Of a stretch of DNA of 24,903 nucleotides, positions 8,341 to 17,309 are shown one piece after another (the stretch's first letter is position 1; every line of letters starts with the position of its first letter). Below the pieces are notes generated by a model that saw only the letters and a list, made by a program, of their open reading frames with translations, was not told the DNA's origin and ran no database searches. This DNA is from a virus. Its lineage: Duplodnaviria > Caudoviricetes. The DNA lies in IMG/VR virus record IMGVR_UViG_3300021437_000079, positions 1 to 24,903 of that record. One strand, written 5' to 3'. Made by a program: the position numbers and the translations under genes.

Positions 8341-9873
8341 ATGCCACCTTTCTCTGAAATCTCGCCAAACGTGCGAGTGCCATACCAGTATATCGAAATG
8401 CGAGCAAAGGGGCGGAACACTCGGGAACGCCCCCGTAACCTGATCATAGGTCAGAAACTCGCGGAAGGTACAGCCAACGCAGGACAACCCTACCGCATTC
8501 TGAGCGATTCGGATCTTGATCTCTACTTCGGAGCGGGATCCATTGCGCAGCAAATGGGTAGCATGTTTCGTCGCAACAACCCAGGGGCGGATCTTTTCGT
8601 CATTGGGCTCGCTGACGCAGACGGTAACAAGGCAAGTGGGGCTATTACCGTAGCCAACGCAACCTGCACAAAAACGCGATCAGTCGCGCTTTACGTCGCG
8701 GGGCGTTTGGTTCCGTTCACCGTAGTCAAAGGGGACGTAGCGGCGACGATCGCGGATAAGATCGTAGCAGCTATCACAGCGGACAAGTATTGTGCGGTTA
8801 CCGCAGAAACCGACGGGTTGGACGTAGTTTGTACGGCGAAGCACAAGGGTACGCTAGGCAATACGATTGATCTGCGCTTCAACTATCTTGGGAACGCGGG
8901 GGGCGAACCCGATCTGGATTTTGGAGTTTCGCTGACGATCTCCCCGCTTTCGGGAGGCGCAACTGATCCGAGTTTGGAGCTTATCAGCACGTGGATCGGG
9001 GATCAGCCGTATCGCTGGATTATCTCCCCATACTACAACTCCACAGCGCTTGATTTTCTGGCAACGGAAATGGATCGGCGTTGGGGTGCGACTGTGCAGG
9101 CTTACGGGCATGCGTTCACCGCAGCGCCCTACGCGAGTGCTACCGCAGCCGTTAGCGCGGGATCTGACCGGAACGATAAGCACCTTACCCTATGGGCTTT
9201 TGAGGGGGCTGGGGTGTCGGAAGGTAGCCCCGACCCCCGTCCTAGTGGTACGCCACTCGGGAACCCTTGTAGCCCGTGGGAAGTGGCAAGCGCAGCGTCA
9301 GCCGTCGTCAGCCGTTCGGCTGAAATCCACGCTGCGCGCCCTTACTGTGATCTCGCGGTCAAAGGGCTGCGCGCAACTCCCGAACTGGATCGATGGAAGT
9401 TTGCGGATCACAACGCGCTAGCCTACGCGGGTTGTTCCTATCTGCGTTACTCCCCGCAAGGGGCTACGCGGATCGGGGACGTAATCACGAACTATCAGCG
9501 AAATGACGCAGGATCCGCAACGGACGCGTACCTGAGTCAGAATATCGTGGAGCAACTCCAGGAAATCGCCACGATCCCGGCAAAGGTAGCGGATCGGTTT
9601 CCGCAGCACATTTTGGCCCCCGACGGGGTACGGTTTGCTCCCGGTACTCCCGTAGTTACACCGTCAATCTTGCGAGCGAACACGATCGCGGAATACCGGA
9701 TTATGGCGGAAAATGGGATCGTCAACGATCCCGAAGCGTTCGCTAGTCTGTTGACGTGTGAAATAAACGGAACCAACAAAGATCGTGCTGATATGTACCT
9801 TGCTCCCGATCTCACGGGTCAGTTCAAGATCGGCGCATGGTTGATTGAGTTTTCCAAGGGAATCACGGGGTAA
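8341..9873 (+). CDS. Contractile tail sheath protein (Mu gpL-like)
   Basis: FSEISPNVRVP..YIE N-terminus, LIIGQ, FGAGS, TAKHKG..GN.IDLRFNY, SGGATDP, ITNYQ.N..G..D.YL, VVTP..LRA motifs. Confidence 0.95.
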   Translation: MPPFSEISPNVRVPYQYIEMRAKGRNTRERPRNLIIGQKLAEGTANAGQPYRILSDSDLDLYFGAGSIAQQMGSMFRRNNPGADLFVIGLADADGNKASGAITVANATCTKTRSVALYVAGRLVPFTVVKGDVAATIADKIVAAITADKYCAVTAETDGLDVVCTAKHKGTLGNTIDLRFNYLGNAGGEPDLDFGVSLTISPLSGGATDPSLELISTWIGDQPYRWIISPYYNSTALDFLATEMDRRWGATVQAYGHAFTAAPYASATAAVSAGSDRNDKHLTLWAFEGAGVSEGSPDPRPSGTPLGNPCSPWEVASAASAVVSRSAEIHAARPYCDLAVKGLRATPELDRWKFADHNALAYAGCSYLRYSPQGATRIGDVITNYQRNDAGSATDAYLSQNIVEQLQEIATIPAKVADRFPQHILAPDGVRFAPGTPVVTPSILRANTIAEYRIMAENGIVNDPEAFASLLTCEINGTNKDRADMYLAPDLTGQFKIGAWLIEFSKGITG

Positions 9874-9876
9874 CCA

Positions 9877-10254
9877 ATGGCTAGCAACACTGCCCCCGTG
9901 GGGGGAAACGTAACGGTTCGGTGCGACGCTGATATGATTTCGGCGGAGGGTACAATCACGTGCATGTTTGACGAGTATAGTCACACGATGGCACGTGCAG
10001 CCGATGGTACCCCTTACGGAACCGAATCATACGCGGTTGGTTTCGTTGACGGTACTTTCGTGCATACGAAATCACTGGATCTTGCCAAGCTCAACAAACT
10101 TAGGGGGGCAACGATTACAGTTGTGCTCGCTAGCGGTAGAAGCGGAACGCTTCGGGAGGCTTTGCTAGTGTCCGCTTCCGAGGTTGACAGTTCTAAGGGG
10201 ACTGTCAAACTACGCTGGGAAGGGGTGGGGGCCTGGGATCCTAACCCTGCGTAG
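9877..10254 (+). CDS. Tail tube protein (Mu gpM-like)
   Basis: 125 aa directly after the sheath; TITVVLASGR and G.VKLRWEG C-terminus. Confidence 0.88.
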   Translation: MASNTAPVGGNVTVRCDADMISAEGTITCMFDEYSHTMARAADGTPYGTESYAVGFVDGTFVHTKSLDLAKLNKLRGATITVVLASGRSGTLREALLVSASEVDSSKGTVKLRWEGVGAWDPNPA

Positions 10255-10275
10255 TAACATATCGAAGGGGAACAT

Positions 10276-10560
10276 ATGCCGATCGTGGATTTGAAGGGTA
10301 ACGTTATCAAGGTTCGGTTGACAGATCCCGTGCGAATAGCAGGGGAGGATAAAACCGAACTGACGATGATGCGCAAGCCTACGATCGGCATTTTGCGAGC
10401 ACAAGCAAAGATCAGTGACGACACTTCGCACGTGTTCCTTTGCGAAGTGTTACAGCACTGTTTCATGCTTACAGAAAAAGAACTGGATCAGTGTTCTATT
10501 GTCGATTTTGGCACTATGAGCGAGGCTGTGGCCCCTTTTTTGCCGGCAAGGTCCACGTAA
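10276..10560 (+). CDS. Tail assembly chaperone (G-like; Mu gp41/P2 gpE type)
   Basis: 94 aa between tube and tape measure; L.DPV....ELTMMRKPT...ELDQ....DF pattern; AAGGGG SD; slippery site near the 3' end. Confidence 0.88.
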   Translation: MPIVDLKGNVIKVRLTDPVRIAGEDKTELTMMRKPTIGILRAQAKISDDTSHVFLCEVLQHCFMLTEKELDQCSIVDFGTMSEAVAPFLPARST

Positions 10561-10796
10561 ACGGGATCACGTGGATCGTTGCGGTTTGCGGTTTGGGGGG
10601 GCTAACCCGCGCACAGATCGCGGAAATAGACGAAACGATCGCAAACATACTGTGGAGTTATCGCGGAGGGGTTACGCTTAGCGAGTTACTAGCACTTGCG
10701 TGCGATGATTTCGCACTTTGGGCGGATACGTTGCTAAGCGTAGATAAAACGCGATCCGAACCGTTTTTGAAAGCGGGGGTCAACCCGTGGCGATAG
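10276..10796 (+). CDS. Frameshifted tail assembly chaperone (GT-like, ~173 aa via -1 frameshift at 10533-10542)
   Basis: C CCT TTT TTG in frame. The -1 frame is open to 10796, overlaps the tape-measure start, and encodes a gpE'-like segment (IANILWSY...TLSELLAL..DDFALW). Confidence 0.8.
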
Positions 10797-12496
10797 AGAT
10801 CAAGTCGGTTGTTTCTGCGGTAGACCATTTTACCGGGCCACTTCGGGGGATGATCTCGGGAGTAAAATCGGCCGCTTCGGGGGCGGCTAGCGTGCTCGGG
10901 TCGGTAGGGTCGATTGCAAAAGGGTTAGTAAAGGGGATCGCGGGGGGAGTTGCGTCACTTGCAGGGCTGCAAGGCGGGATAATAGCGGCGGGATCCCAGT
11001 TCGTAAACTCTACTGCGGAAATGTACCGATTTGCCAAGTCGGTTGGGGTAACCACCGAACAACTTCAAGAACTACGCTACGCGGCTAAATCGGTCGGGGT
11101 TGACGCGGAAACGCTGGATAAGGGGGTTTCTGAGCTTGACAAGCGTATGGGGCAACTTCGGGGCGGAAGTGGCTCACTTGACGCGTTCCTAAAGAAAGTG
11201 TCCCCTGCACTGTTGAAGCAGGTAAAGGGGGCCAAGTCTACAGCGGAAGCGTTTGAGCTAATCACCCAAGCAATGTCACAACTCCCCGATAGTGCACGAA
11301 AGGCTGCACTAGCTGACGCTGCGTTCGGGGGTGCGGGGGAGAGTCTAGTTAGGCTAGGTTCTATGGGTAAGCAGGGGCTTGCCGACGCTGCAAAACAGGC
11401 TAGGGCATTTGGAATCGTAAGTGACGCCACAGCCCAGCAAGCAGACGTAACCGCTAAATCGTTTACCGATTTCAAAGCATCGATCGGGGGCATTGCGAAC
11501 GAACTGGGGGCTAGCCTTGTCCCGATGATAACCCCGCTGATCAATGGGCTGCGGGATTGGATTGCGGCTAACAAGCAAGTAATCGGGGCACGCATTCAAG
11601 CAGTGATAGCGGGGATCGCTTCCGCAGCGAGATCGGTCAACTTGTCCAAAATAGTGGACGGACTAAAGGCGATTTGGAACGCGGTTCAACCGCTTGTTAC
11701 GGGCATAGTTGAATGGATCCGCTCGCATTGGACCGAAATCAAAGTGATCACGGGCCAAGTGTTTGAGGGGATAGTGCTAGTCGTCAAAGCCTCGATAAAG
11801 CTAATCATCGATCTGTGGAACACACTTACGGGGCCAGTGATCGCGGTTTGGGATTCAATCAAGCGGATTCTAAGCGGTTTCCTGGATTTCGTCACTGGGG
11901 TGTTTACGCTTGATTTCGGTAAGGCGTTTGACGGGCTAAGCGAAGTAATGGGGGGTTTGGCTGATTTCTTCGCTAGTACCTGGGAAGGGGTCAAAGCCAT
12001 TTTCGTTGCGGTAGGGGACTGGTTTGGCACGATCTGGGATCGCTACACCCCCGATAAGCTGAAAGAATCCTGGAGTGCCGTAACAGGGTTTTTCAAATCG
12101 CTATGGGAAGGGGTTGTTGCGATCTTCGATTGGGCATACGCCAAGATCAAAGCAACGGCTAACGGAATCAAAGAACTAGCGCAGTCCACCGTTTCATGGA
12201 TCCCCGGTTACGCTGCGCTCGCACACGGTAATGAAGTGATAACGGGACTGATTCAAAACGGGATCGGTGGATCAGCCGAGCCTATGCCCAAAGGGGGCCA
12301 AACACTAGGCGGGATTCCGGTATCATCGTTGAACCGTTCCGCAGACTACAAGCAAGCCCAGAATACCCCCCCGGGGTTAGGTAAGCTGATTGTTGATTTC
12401 CGCAATATGCCCCAGGGGGTTACAGTAGAGCAACCGGGAGCAACGGCTAATCCGCATATCGCTCTAAACGTTGGCCCACGAATGGTGAACCAATGA
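10787..12496 (+). CDS. Tail tape measure protein
   Basis: IKSVVSAVDHFTGPLR N-terminus, Ala/Gly-rich helical body, periodic W/F repeats in the C-terminal half; follows the chaperone genes. Confidence 0.92.
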   Translation: MAIEIKSVVSAVDHFTGPLRGMISGVKSAASGAASVLGSVGSIAKGLVKGIAGGVASLAGLQGGIIAAGSQFVNSTAEMYRFAKSVGVTTEQLQELRYAAKSVGVDAETLDKGVSELDKRMGQLRGGSGSLDAFLKKVSPALLKQVKGAKSTAEAFELITQAMSQLPDSARKAALADAAFGGAGESLVRLGSMGKQGLADAAKQARAFGIVSDATAQQADVTAKSFTDFKASIGGIANELGASLVPMITPLINGLRDWIAANKQVIGARIQAVIAGIASAARSVNLSKIVDGLKAIWNAVQPLVTGIVEWIRSHWTEIKVITGQVFEGIVLVVKASIKLIIDLWNTLTGPVIAVWDSIKRILSGFLDFVTGVFTLDFGKAFDGLSEVMGGLADFFASTWEGVKAIFVAVGDWFGTIWDRYTPDKLKESWSAVTGFFKSLWEGVVAIFDWAYAKIKATANGIKELAQSTVSWIPGYAALAHGNEVITGLIQNGIGGSAEPMPKGGQTLGGIPVSSLNRSADYKQAQNTPPGLGKLIVDFRNMPQGVTVEQPGATANPHIALNVGPRMVNQ

Positions 12497-13641
12497 ACGC
12501 AGCATTCCGGGGAGTACCATTCTTTGCGGATCAAGTATCAGCCCCCTTCGGTAGACGCGGAACGGTAGACGAGTACCCTTTTTCCGAAAACCCCCCGACG
12601 ATTTCTGATCTCGGTAAACTTACCCGAGTGCATACCGTAACAGGTTTCGTACAAGGGCAGGATTGGCGCACCCAGATCCGTAAACTTAGGGACGCGGTTG
12701 AAACGCGAGGATTGGCCCGATTGGAGCACCCAGTATGGGGTGTTTTGCTTGTTGGGAACGCGACGATAGATATCACCGAAACGCTAGCGGAACGGTGGAT
12801 CGCGCGTTTCTCGATTACATGCACCGAAGCGAAGGAACTAGCCAACCCGACTAGCGCGCTTACTGACGCAGCGGGAACGCTAACGAGTGCGATTGACAAC
12901 GCGCGGTTAGGCGTCATTGCTGATTTCTTCGATCGTTTGGCAAGTGCTACAGCCCCGCTCGCTTTGATTGCAGGGTTAGCCGCTATTAGCGATTTCACTA
13001 AATCGGCAGTATCCTCGCTCAGTTTGCCGGGATCACTAGATGATATGTCCGGGGAGTACACCGAAGCGGTTGACGTGCTAGCTAAGACTTCCGAAGTATC
13101 CAACCCGCAAGCGTCGGTAACTGCGTTTTGGGCTGTGCTAGATTTAGCACCACTTAGCGTGCTTTGGCGGTTATGGTCACGTTTCGGGGGAGGGGAGCAA
13201 CGCCCCGCAAGACAAGTAACCGGCAATCCGACGACGGATCAGATTAGCAGTGTGCGCCGAACGGTAATGGATTTTTACCCCCGTTCCGCTGCGGTTGCCC
13301 TTGCTGCTAGCGTTGTGGGTAATACATATGCGACTGTGGACGCAGCCACGATAGACTATGAACGGGCTATTTTGGCGCTACAGCGTGAAACGGAGCAAAC
13401 CGAAACCCCCGCAAACGTGCTTATGCAGTTGGACGCAATCCGAGTTGCGCTAGCGGCTAGACTGCGGGAATACGCACAGCGGTTGCCCAATACACGAACG
13501 GTGGAGCTTGACGCCCCTACGCTAGCGTTTCTTGTTTCGTTTCGGGAGTTTGGCACCACAGATTACGAAAACGAAATCAATGGGGCTAATGGGGCTGCGG
13601 GTTTGCTAAGCGGAACCGTCAAAGTCATTGATCATGCGTGA
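12493..13641 (+). CDS. Mu gpN-like DNA circularisation/tail protein
   Basis: AAFRGVPF...GRR...EYPF......DLG, L.HP.WG N-terminal domain; follows the tape measure as in Mu-like tails. Confidence 0.88.
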   Translation: MNAAFRGVPFFADQVSAPFGRRGTVDEYPFSENPPTISDLGKLTRVHTVTGFVQGQDWRTQIRKLRDAVETRGLARLEHPVWGVLLVGNATIDITETLAERWIARFSITCTEAKELANPTSALTDAAGTLTSAIDNARLGVIADFFDRLASATAPLALIAGLAAISDFTKSAVSSLSLPGSLDDMSGEYTEAVDVLAKTSEVSNPQASVTAFWAVLDLAPLSVLWRLWSRFGGGEQRPARQVTGNPTTDQISSVRRTVMDFYPRSAAVALAASVVGNTYATVDAATIDYERAILALQRETEQTETPANVLMQLDAIRVALAARLREYAQRLPNTRTVELDAPTLAFLVSFREFGTTDYENEINGANGAAGLLSGTVKVIDHA

Positions 13642-14716
13642 AGTAGCGTTGATCGTTGCCGGTAAACGGTTTACCTATTGGAAATCCGTTACCGTAACGG
13701 CTAGCCTGGAGTCTGCTTGTAGAACGTTTCAGCTAGGGATCAAGTTTCCGTTGACTGATACGGGTAGGCTTCCCCATATCCCCGCAGGGGCTGAGTGTGT
13801 CGTTACGTTGGGGGATCAGCGCATCCTTACCGGGTACGCTGAAATCCCTGAAGTTAGTTACGATGTGGGGTCATTGACGCAAAACGTTAGTGGTAGATCC
13901 CGATCGTGTGACCTAGTGGATTCTTCGGGTAGCGGGGAACAACTGAAAGGGGTAACACTTGCACAGTTAGCCCCCCTAATAGCTAAACAGTACGGAACCG
14001 ACGCAATCGTTGATCCAACCATCATTGCGGAAGGCAAAACGCTAAAGCACGTTCACGTCAAGTCAACCGATAAAGCCTATGCAGCTATCGAGAAACCCGC
14101 GCGTTTAGCGGGGGCTGTGCTGTGCGATGATGCTAGCGGGGTATTGCGGATATTTCGACCAAAACAAAGCCACCCCGTAGGTAAGTTGATTGTGGGGGTA
14201 AATGTCATAGCGGGCCAAGTCAAGTTTGACGCAACGCAAGTGTTTGCGCGTTACGTATGCAAAGGGCAGTTGGATCCGAACATTACAGCCCCCACGGGAG
14301 GGTATCTGGGAGGGGTTGACGATCCCGTGCTAGGCGCGCGGATTTGGCGTAAACTTCACATAACAGCCGAAAGTGGGGCAGATTCGGATCGGTGCGAATA
14401 CCGGGCCAAGTGGGAAGCAGCTAGCCGGTTGGCTAAAGCGATCACGGCAAGCTACACCGTAAGCAGTTGGACGAATGACAACGGTAAGGTTTGGGAACCT
14501 GGGCAAACTGTAATCGTTGACGATCCGATCGGCGGGATTAGCGAAACAATGCTAGTAAGTGAAGTAACGTTTACTTGCGCTTCGGATCAGGCTGAGCGTA
14601 CCGTTCTAGGGCTAGCTAACCCTGATACCTATGACGTGATTACCCCGATCAAACGTAAAAAGGGCAGTAACACAACGGGGAAGCATTGGGCGGAACTAGA
14701 CAAGGGGGCCAAATGA
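13634..14716 (+). CDS. Baseplate hub protein (Mu gpP/gp44-like)
   Basis: V.LIVAGKRF..WKSV.V, ILTGY, VSGRSRSCDLVDSS, RAKWEAASR, W.PGQ.V.V.DP motifs; ATG at 13634. Confidence 0.92.
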   Translation: MREVALIVAGKRFTYWKSVTVTASLESACRTFQLGIKFPLTDTGRLPHIPAGAECVVTLGDQRILTGYAEIPEVSYDVGSLTQNVSGRSRSCDLVDSSGSGEQLKGVTLAQLAPLIAKQYGTDAIVDPTIIAEGKTLKHVHVKSTDKAYAAIEKPARLAGAVLCDDASGVLRIFRPKQSHPVGKLIVGVNVIAGQVKFDATQVFARYVCKGQLDPNITAPTGGYLGGVDDPVLGARIWRKLHITAESGADSDRCEYRAKWEAASRLAKAITASYTVSSWTNDNGKVWEPGQTVIVDDPIGGISETMLVSEVTFTCASDQAERTVLGLANPDTYDVITPIKRKKGSNTTGKHWAELDKGAK

Positions 14717-15180
14717 AGTGGGGGGCAGTAAAAGAGTCTGACGACTCGCAAAATATCCGTCAGATCACCGTAAAAACGCGGGGGGACGAAACCGCTAACG
14801 CTACCAGCGCGGAACCTTACGGGCTAGCAGCGTGCCCCCCCACGAACGCCCCCGCGCTTGTACTGACGTTAGATGATGGATCCGAGGTAATCCTAGCCGT
14901 AGGGGATAGTAGGTATACGCTGCGGGGGCTCGCAAGGGGGGACGTAGCGTTGTATAACGCTGCGGGGGTTACGCTAGTGCTCCGGGGGGGGACGCAGCCT
15001 ATGATTGAGGTAAACGCGCCCATTGTGCGCATTGGACCCGAGCCCCCCGGGGGGTGGACCGCAGGGGACGGGGTATTGACCGGCAAGACATTAGACCCGT
15101 ATACGGCGCTACGTTTCGAGGAAATCCCCGGGGTAGGGGTATCCACTAAAGTTTTCGCTGCGGGGGGTGCAATCCCGTGA
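14713..15180 (+). CDS. Baseplate spike/assembly protein (Mu gp45-like)
   Basis: EPYGL...PP, D.RY...GL..GDVALY motifs; ATG 14713 overlaps the hub stop (ATGA). Confidence 0.85.
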   Translation: MKWGAVKESDDSQNIRQITVKTRGDETANATSAEPYGLAACPPTNAPALVLTLDDGSEVILAVGDSRYTLRGLARGDVALYNAAGVTLVLRGGTQPMIEVNAPIVRIGPEPPGGWTAGDGVLTGKTLDPYTALRFEEIPGVGVSTKVFAAGGAIP

Positions 15181-15602
15181 TCGCTGCATATTCGGCAAGT
15201 GGTGAAGTAATCGCGGTTGATATCATCCCGCGTGCTACAGATACCGCGTTGCAACGGCTGGCCCGTCTACTCGTGTGCAGTCTGTTGACCGATTGCAGGG
15301 CACAACCGGGGGACGAAACCCCCGACAACGACCCCAGGGGTTTTTGGGGTGACCCAAGCGGGGAATACGTGCGATCTCCGTTATGGCTATTAGTTCGGGA
15401 GCCAATAACGACCCGAACGGTTGAACGTGTGAATCAAGCGATCAATGGTGCGCTGGAATGGTGGATTCGAGACAAGATTGCCACTTCTATCGAGTGCAGC
15501 GCGTACATAACAGCTAACGGTTTCGGGGCCAGTGTCACGATCGGCGTGAATACAACGCAAACTCGGATCAACTTGCCTAACCTTTCGGATTTGTGGCGGT
15601 AA
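15177..15602 (+). CDS. Baseplate protein (Mu gp46-like)
   Basis: SLLTD.RA...D......D.RGFWGD, S.LWLL.RE, AL.W.I.D motifs. Confidence 0.9.
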   Translation: MIAAYSASGEVIAVDIIPRATDTALQRLARLLVCSLLTDCRAQPGDETPDNDPRGFWGDPSGEYVRSPLWLLVREPITTRTVERVNQAINGALEWWIRDKIATSIECSAYITANGFGASVTIGVNTTQTRINLPNLSDLWR

Positions 15603-15603
15603 T

Positions 15604-16698
15604 ATGCCTGAGCTAACAGATATCGGGATCGAAGTGCCGACACTCGCGGAAGCGGTTGACCGGGCTAAGGCGAATATTCGCGCTGAGTTACGCCCCGAAG
15701 ATAGCCCCGATGTTCCGTTGACGCTACCGTGGGCGCTTGCCTATTGCCAGGGGGCTATATCCCGTTTGCTGCATTTGCAAGCTGCAAGCGCGATCAAAGA
15801 AACGCTACCCGATGTTTGCAGCGAAGCGAGTTTGACTCGAATCGGTAGGATCTGGGGAGTGGAGCGGCTACAGCCTACGCGGGCCACGTTCCCGATCACT
15901 GTATCAGGGACGAACGGAACCGTTATTGCAGCGGGGAAGCAATGGGCACGCGGGGACGGGGCTGTTTACGAGTCAACATCGGAACAAACGATCGCAATGG
16001 ATACAGCGGAAGTACCCGTTAGATCGGTTTTATTTGGGGCTGCACAAAATACCGCTGACGGGGTAACGCTGACGCTTGTAACGCCGATCGTGGGAGTAGT
16101 CGCGGAGGGTACTTGTAACGGGGGATCAGCTGACGGTTCCGACATTGAAACGCTAGAACGCTACCGATCCCGAGTGCTTGATCGGATACGGGAGCCACCC
16201 CAGGGGGATACTGTTAGCGATTGGGCACAGCGCGCTAGATTGGTTGAAAATGTGGATCGCGTGTTCGTGTACCCCAACAAATACGGGGTAGGTACCGTCG
16301 CGATTGTGTTTACTGTAGCAAGGGGCGACGGGGCCCCAGGGGACGTGATCCCGAACGATGCGAAAATCACGGAAGTGCTCGCATTTCTTACTGACGAATC
16401 ACGTTGCCCTGTGGGGTGTGAAGTCTACGTGTATGGGGCTGTGGCTAGGACGATCACGCTATCGATCGATCTGTACCCCAAACCGAACACGTCAGATCAC
16501 CGCAACGCGGTACTTCAAAGCCTGTTGACACTTTTCGAGTCAATACCCCCAACCGCAACGCTATACGATTCGCAGATCCGCACGGCAATCGGGGGGATTC
16601 ACAACTTGGTTGCGATCAACGGGGGCAGTCCTAGCACTGACATAACGCTTGCGCCGATCGAAGTTGCCGTGCTAGGGGCTGTAACATGGATCCCATAG
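15604..16698 (+). CDS. Baseplate J-like wedge protein (Mu gp47-like)
   Basis: PTLAE N-terminus, GSDIETLERYRSRVL.RIREPPQG, RVFVYP...GVGTV motifs. Confidence 0.93.
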   Translation: MPELTDIGIEVPTLAEAVDRAKANIRAELRPEDSPDVPLTLPWALAYCQGAISRLLHLQAASAIKETLPDVCSEASLTRIGRIWGVERLQPTRATFPITVSGTNGTVIAAGKQWARGDGAVYESTSEQTIAMDTAEVPVRSVLFGAAQNTADGVTLTLVTPIVGVVAEGTCNGGSADGSDIETLERYRSRVLDRIREPPQGDTVSDWAQRARLVENVDRVFVYPNKYGVGTVAIVFTVARGDGAPGDVIPNDAKITEVLAFLTDESRCPVGCEVYVYGAVARTITLSIDLYPKPNTSDHRNAVLQSLLTLFESIPPTATLYDSQIRTAIGGIHNLVAINGGSPSTDITLAPIEVAVLGAVTWIP

Positions 16699-17309
16699 CC
16701 CAAATCAGCGCGGAAACGTTCGTTGACTTGCAACGCCAAACGCTACCCCGGGGGTTAGTGTGGGATGCAAGCTCGATAACTGAAATACTGCGCGGGTTGT
16801 CGGGAGAGTGGAGTGTTATCAGCGCAGCGGTAAGAGCAATCATCGCGGAATCGGATCCCTACACCGTCAGCGATCGGATCAGTCATTGGTTATCGATCGT
16901 GGGCACTCCCGATGAATGCACAGCACTACCCGATACGCTCGAAAAGCAGCGCACCCTATTGCAAGCGCAGTTGACCGCACGCGGGGGAAACACGATTGAG
17001 CGGTTGCGTCAGCTAGTGGCCACGCTGTTAGGGATCGATGTTTCCAGGGTAGTTTACTCCAAAGATCCCGCGTTTCGTTGCGGAATGGCAAGGGCAGGAC
17101 AAGCGCTAACAGGGCAAGGGGCTTGCGCTACGTTCCGTTTGACGATTTATGATTGGGATCTCGGATTGCCGTTCCGGGTAGGGCTAAACCGAACCGGGGA
17201 GCGGCTGCATTCCGATTACAGATATCCCGGTCTAATGTGCTTGATCAACAAAGCCAAAGCAGCACATACGTTTTGCGCTGTAGGCTACAGTAACGAGGGG
17301 GTGCCATAA
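16686..17309 (+). CDS. Baseplate wedge protein (Mu gp48/YmfQ-like)
   Basis: LPRGLVW, ESDP.T, G.PDEC, FRCG..RAG..L, L.C.INK.K.AHT motifs. Confidence 0.9.
   Translation: MDPIAQISAETFVDLQRQTLPRGLVWDASSITEILRGLSGEWSVISAAVRAIIAESDPYTVSDRISHWLSIVGTPDECTALPDTLEKQRTLLQAQLTARGGNTIERLRQLVATLLGIDVSRVVYSKDPAFRCGMARAGQALTGQGACATFRLTIYDWDLGLPFRVGLNRTGERLHSDYRYPGLMCLINKAKAAHTFCAVGYSNEGVP

Noticed and set aside
10440-10796. Independent 118-aa gene
   Set aside because: TTG start without an SD deep inside the chaperone gene; better explained as the -1 frameshift extension.
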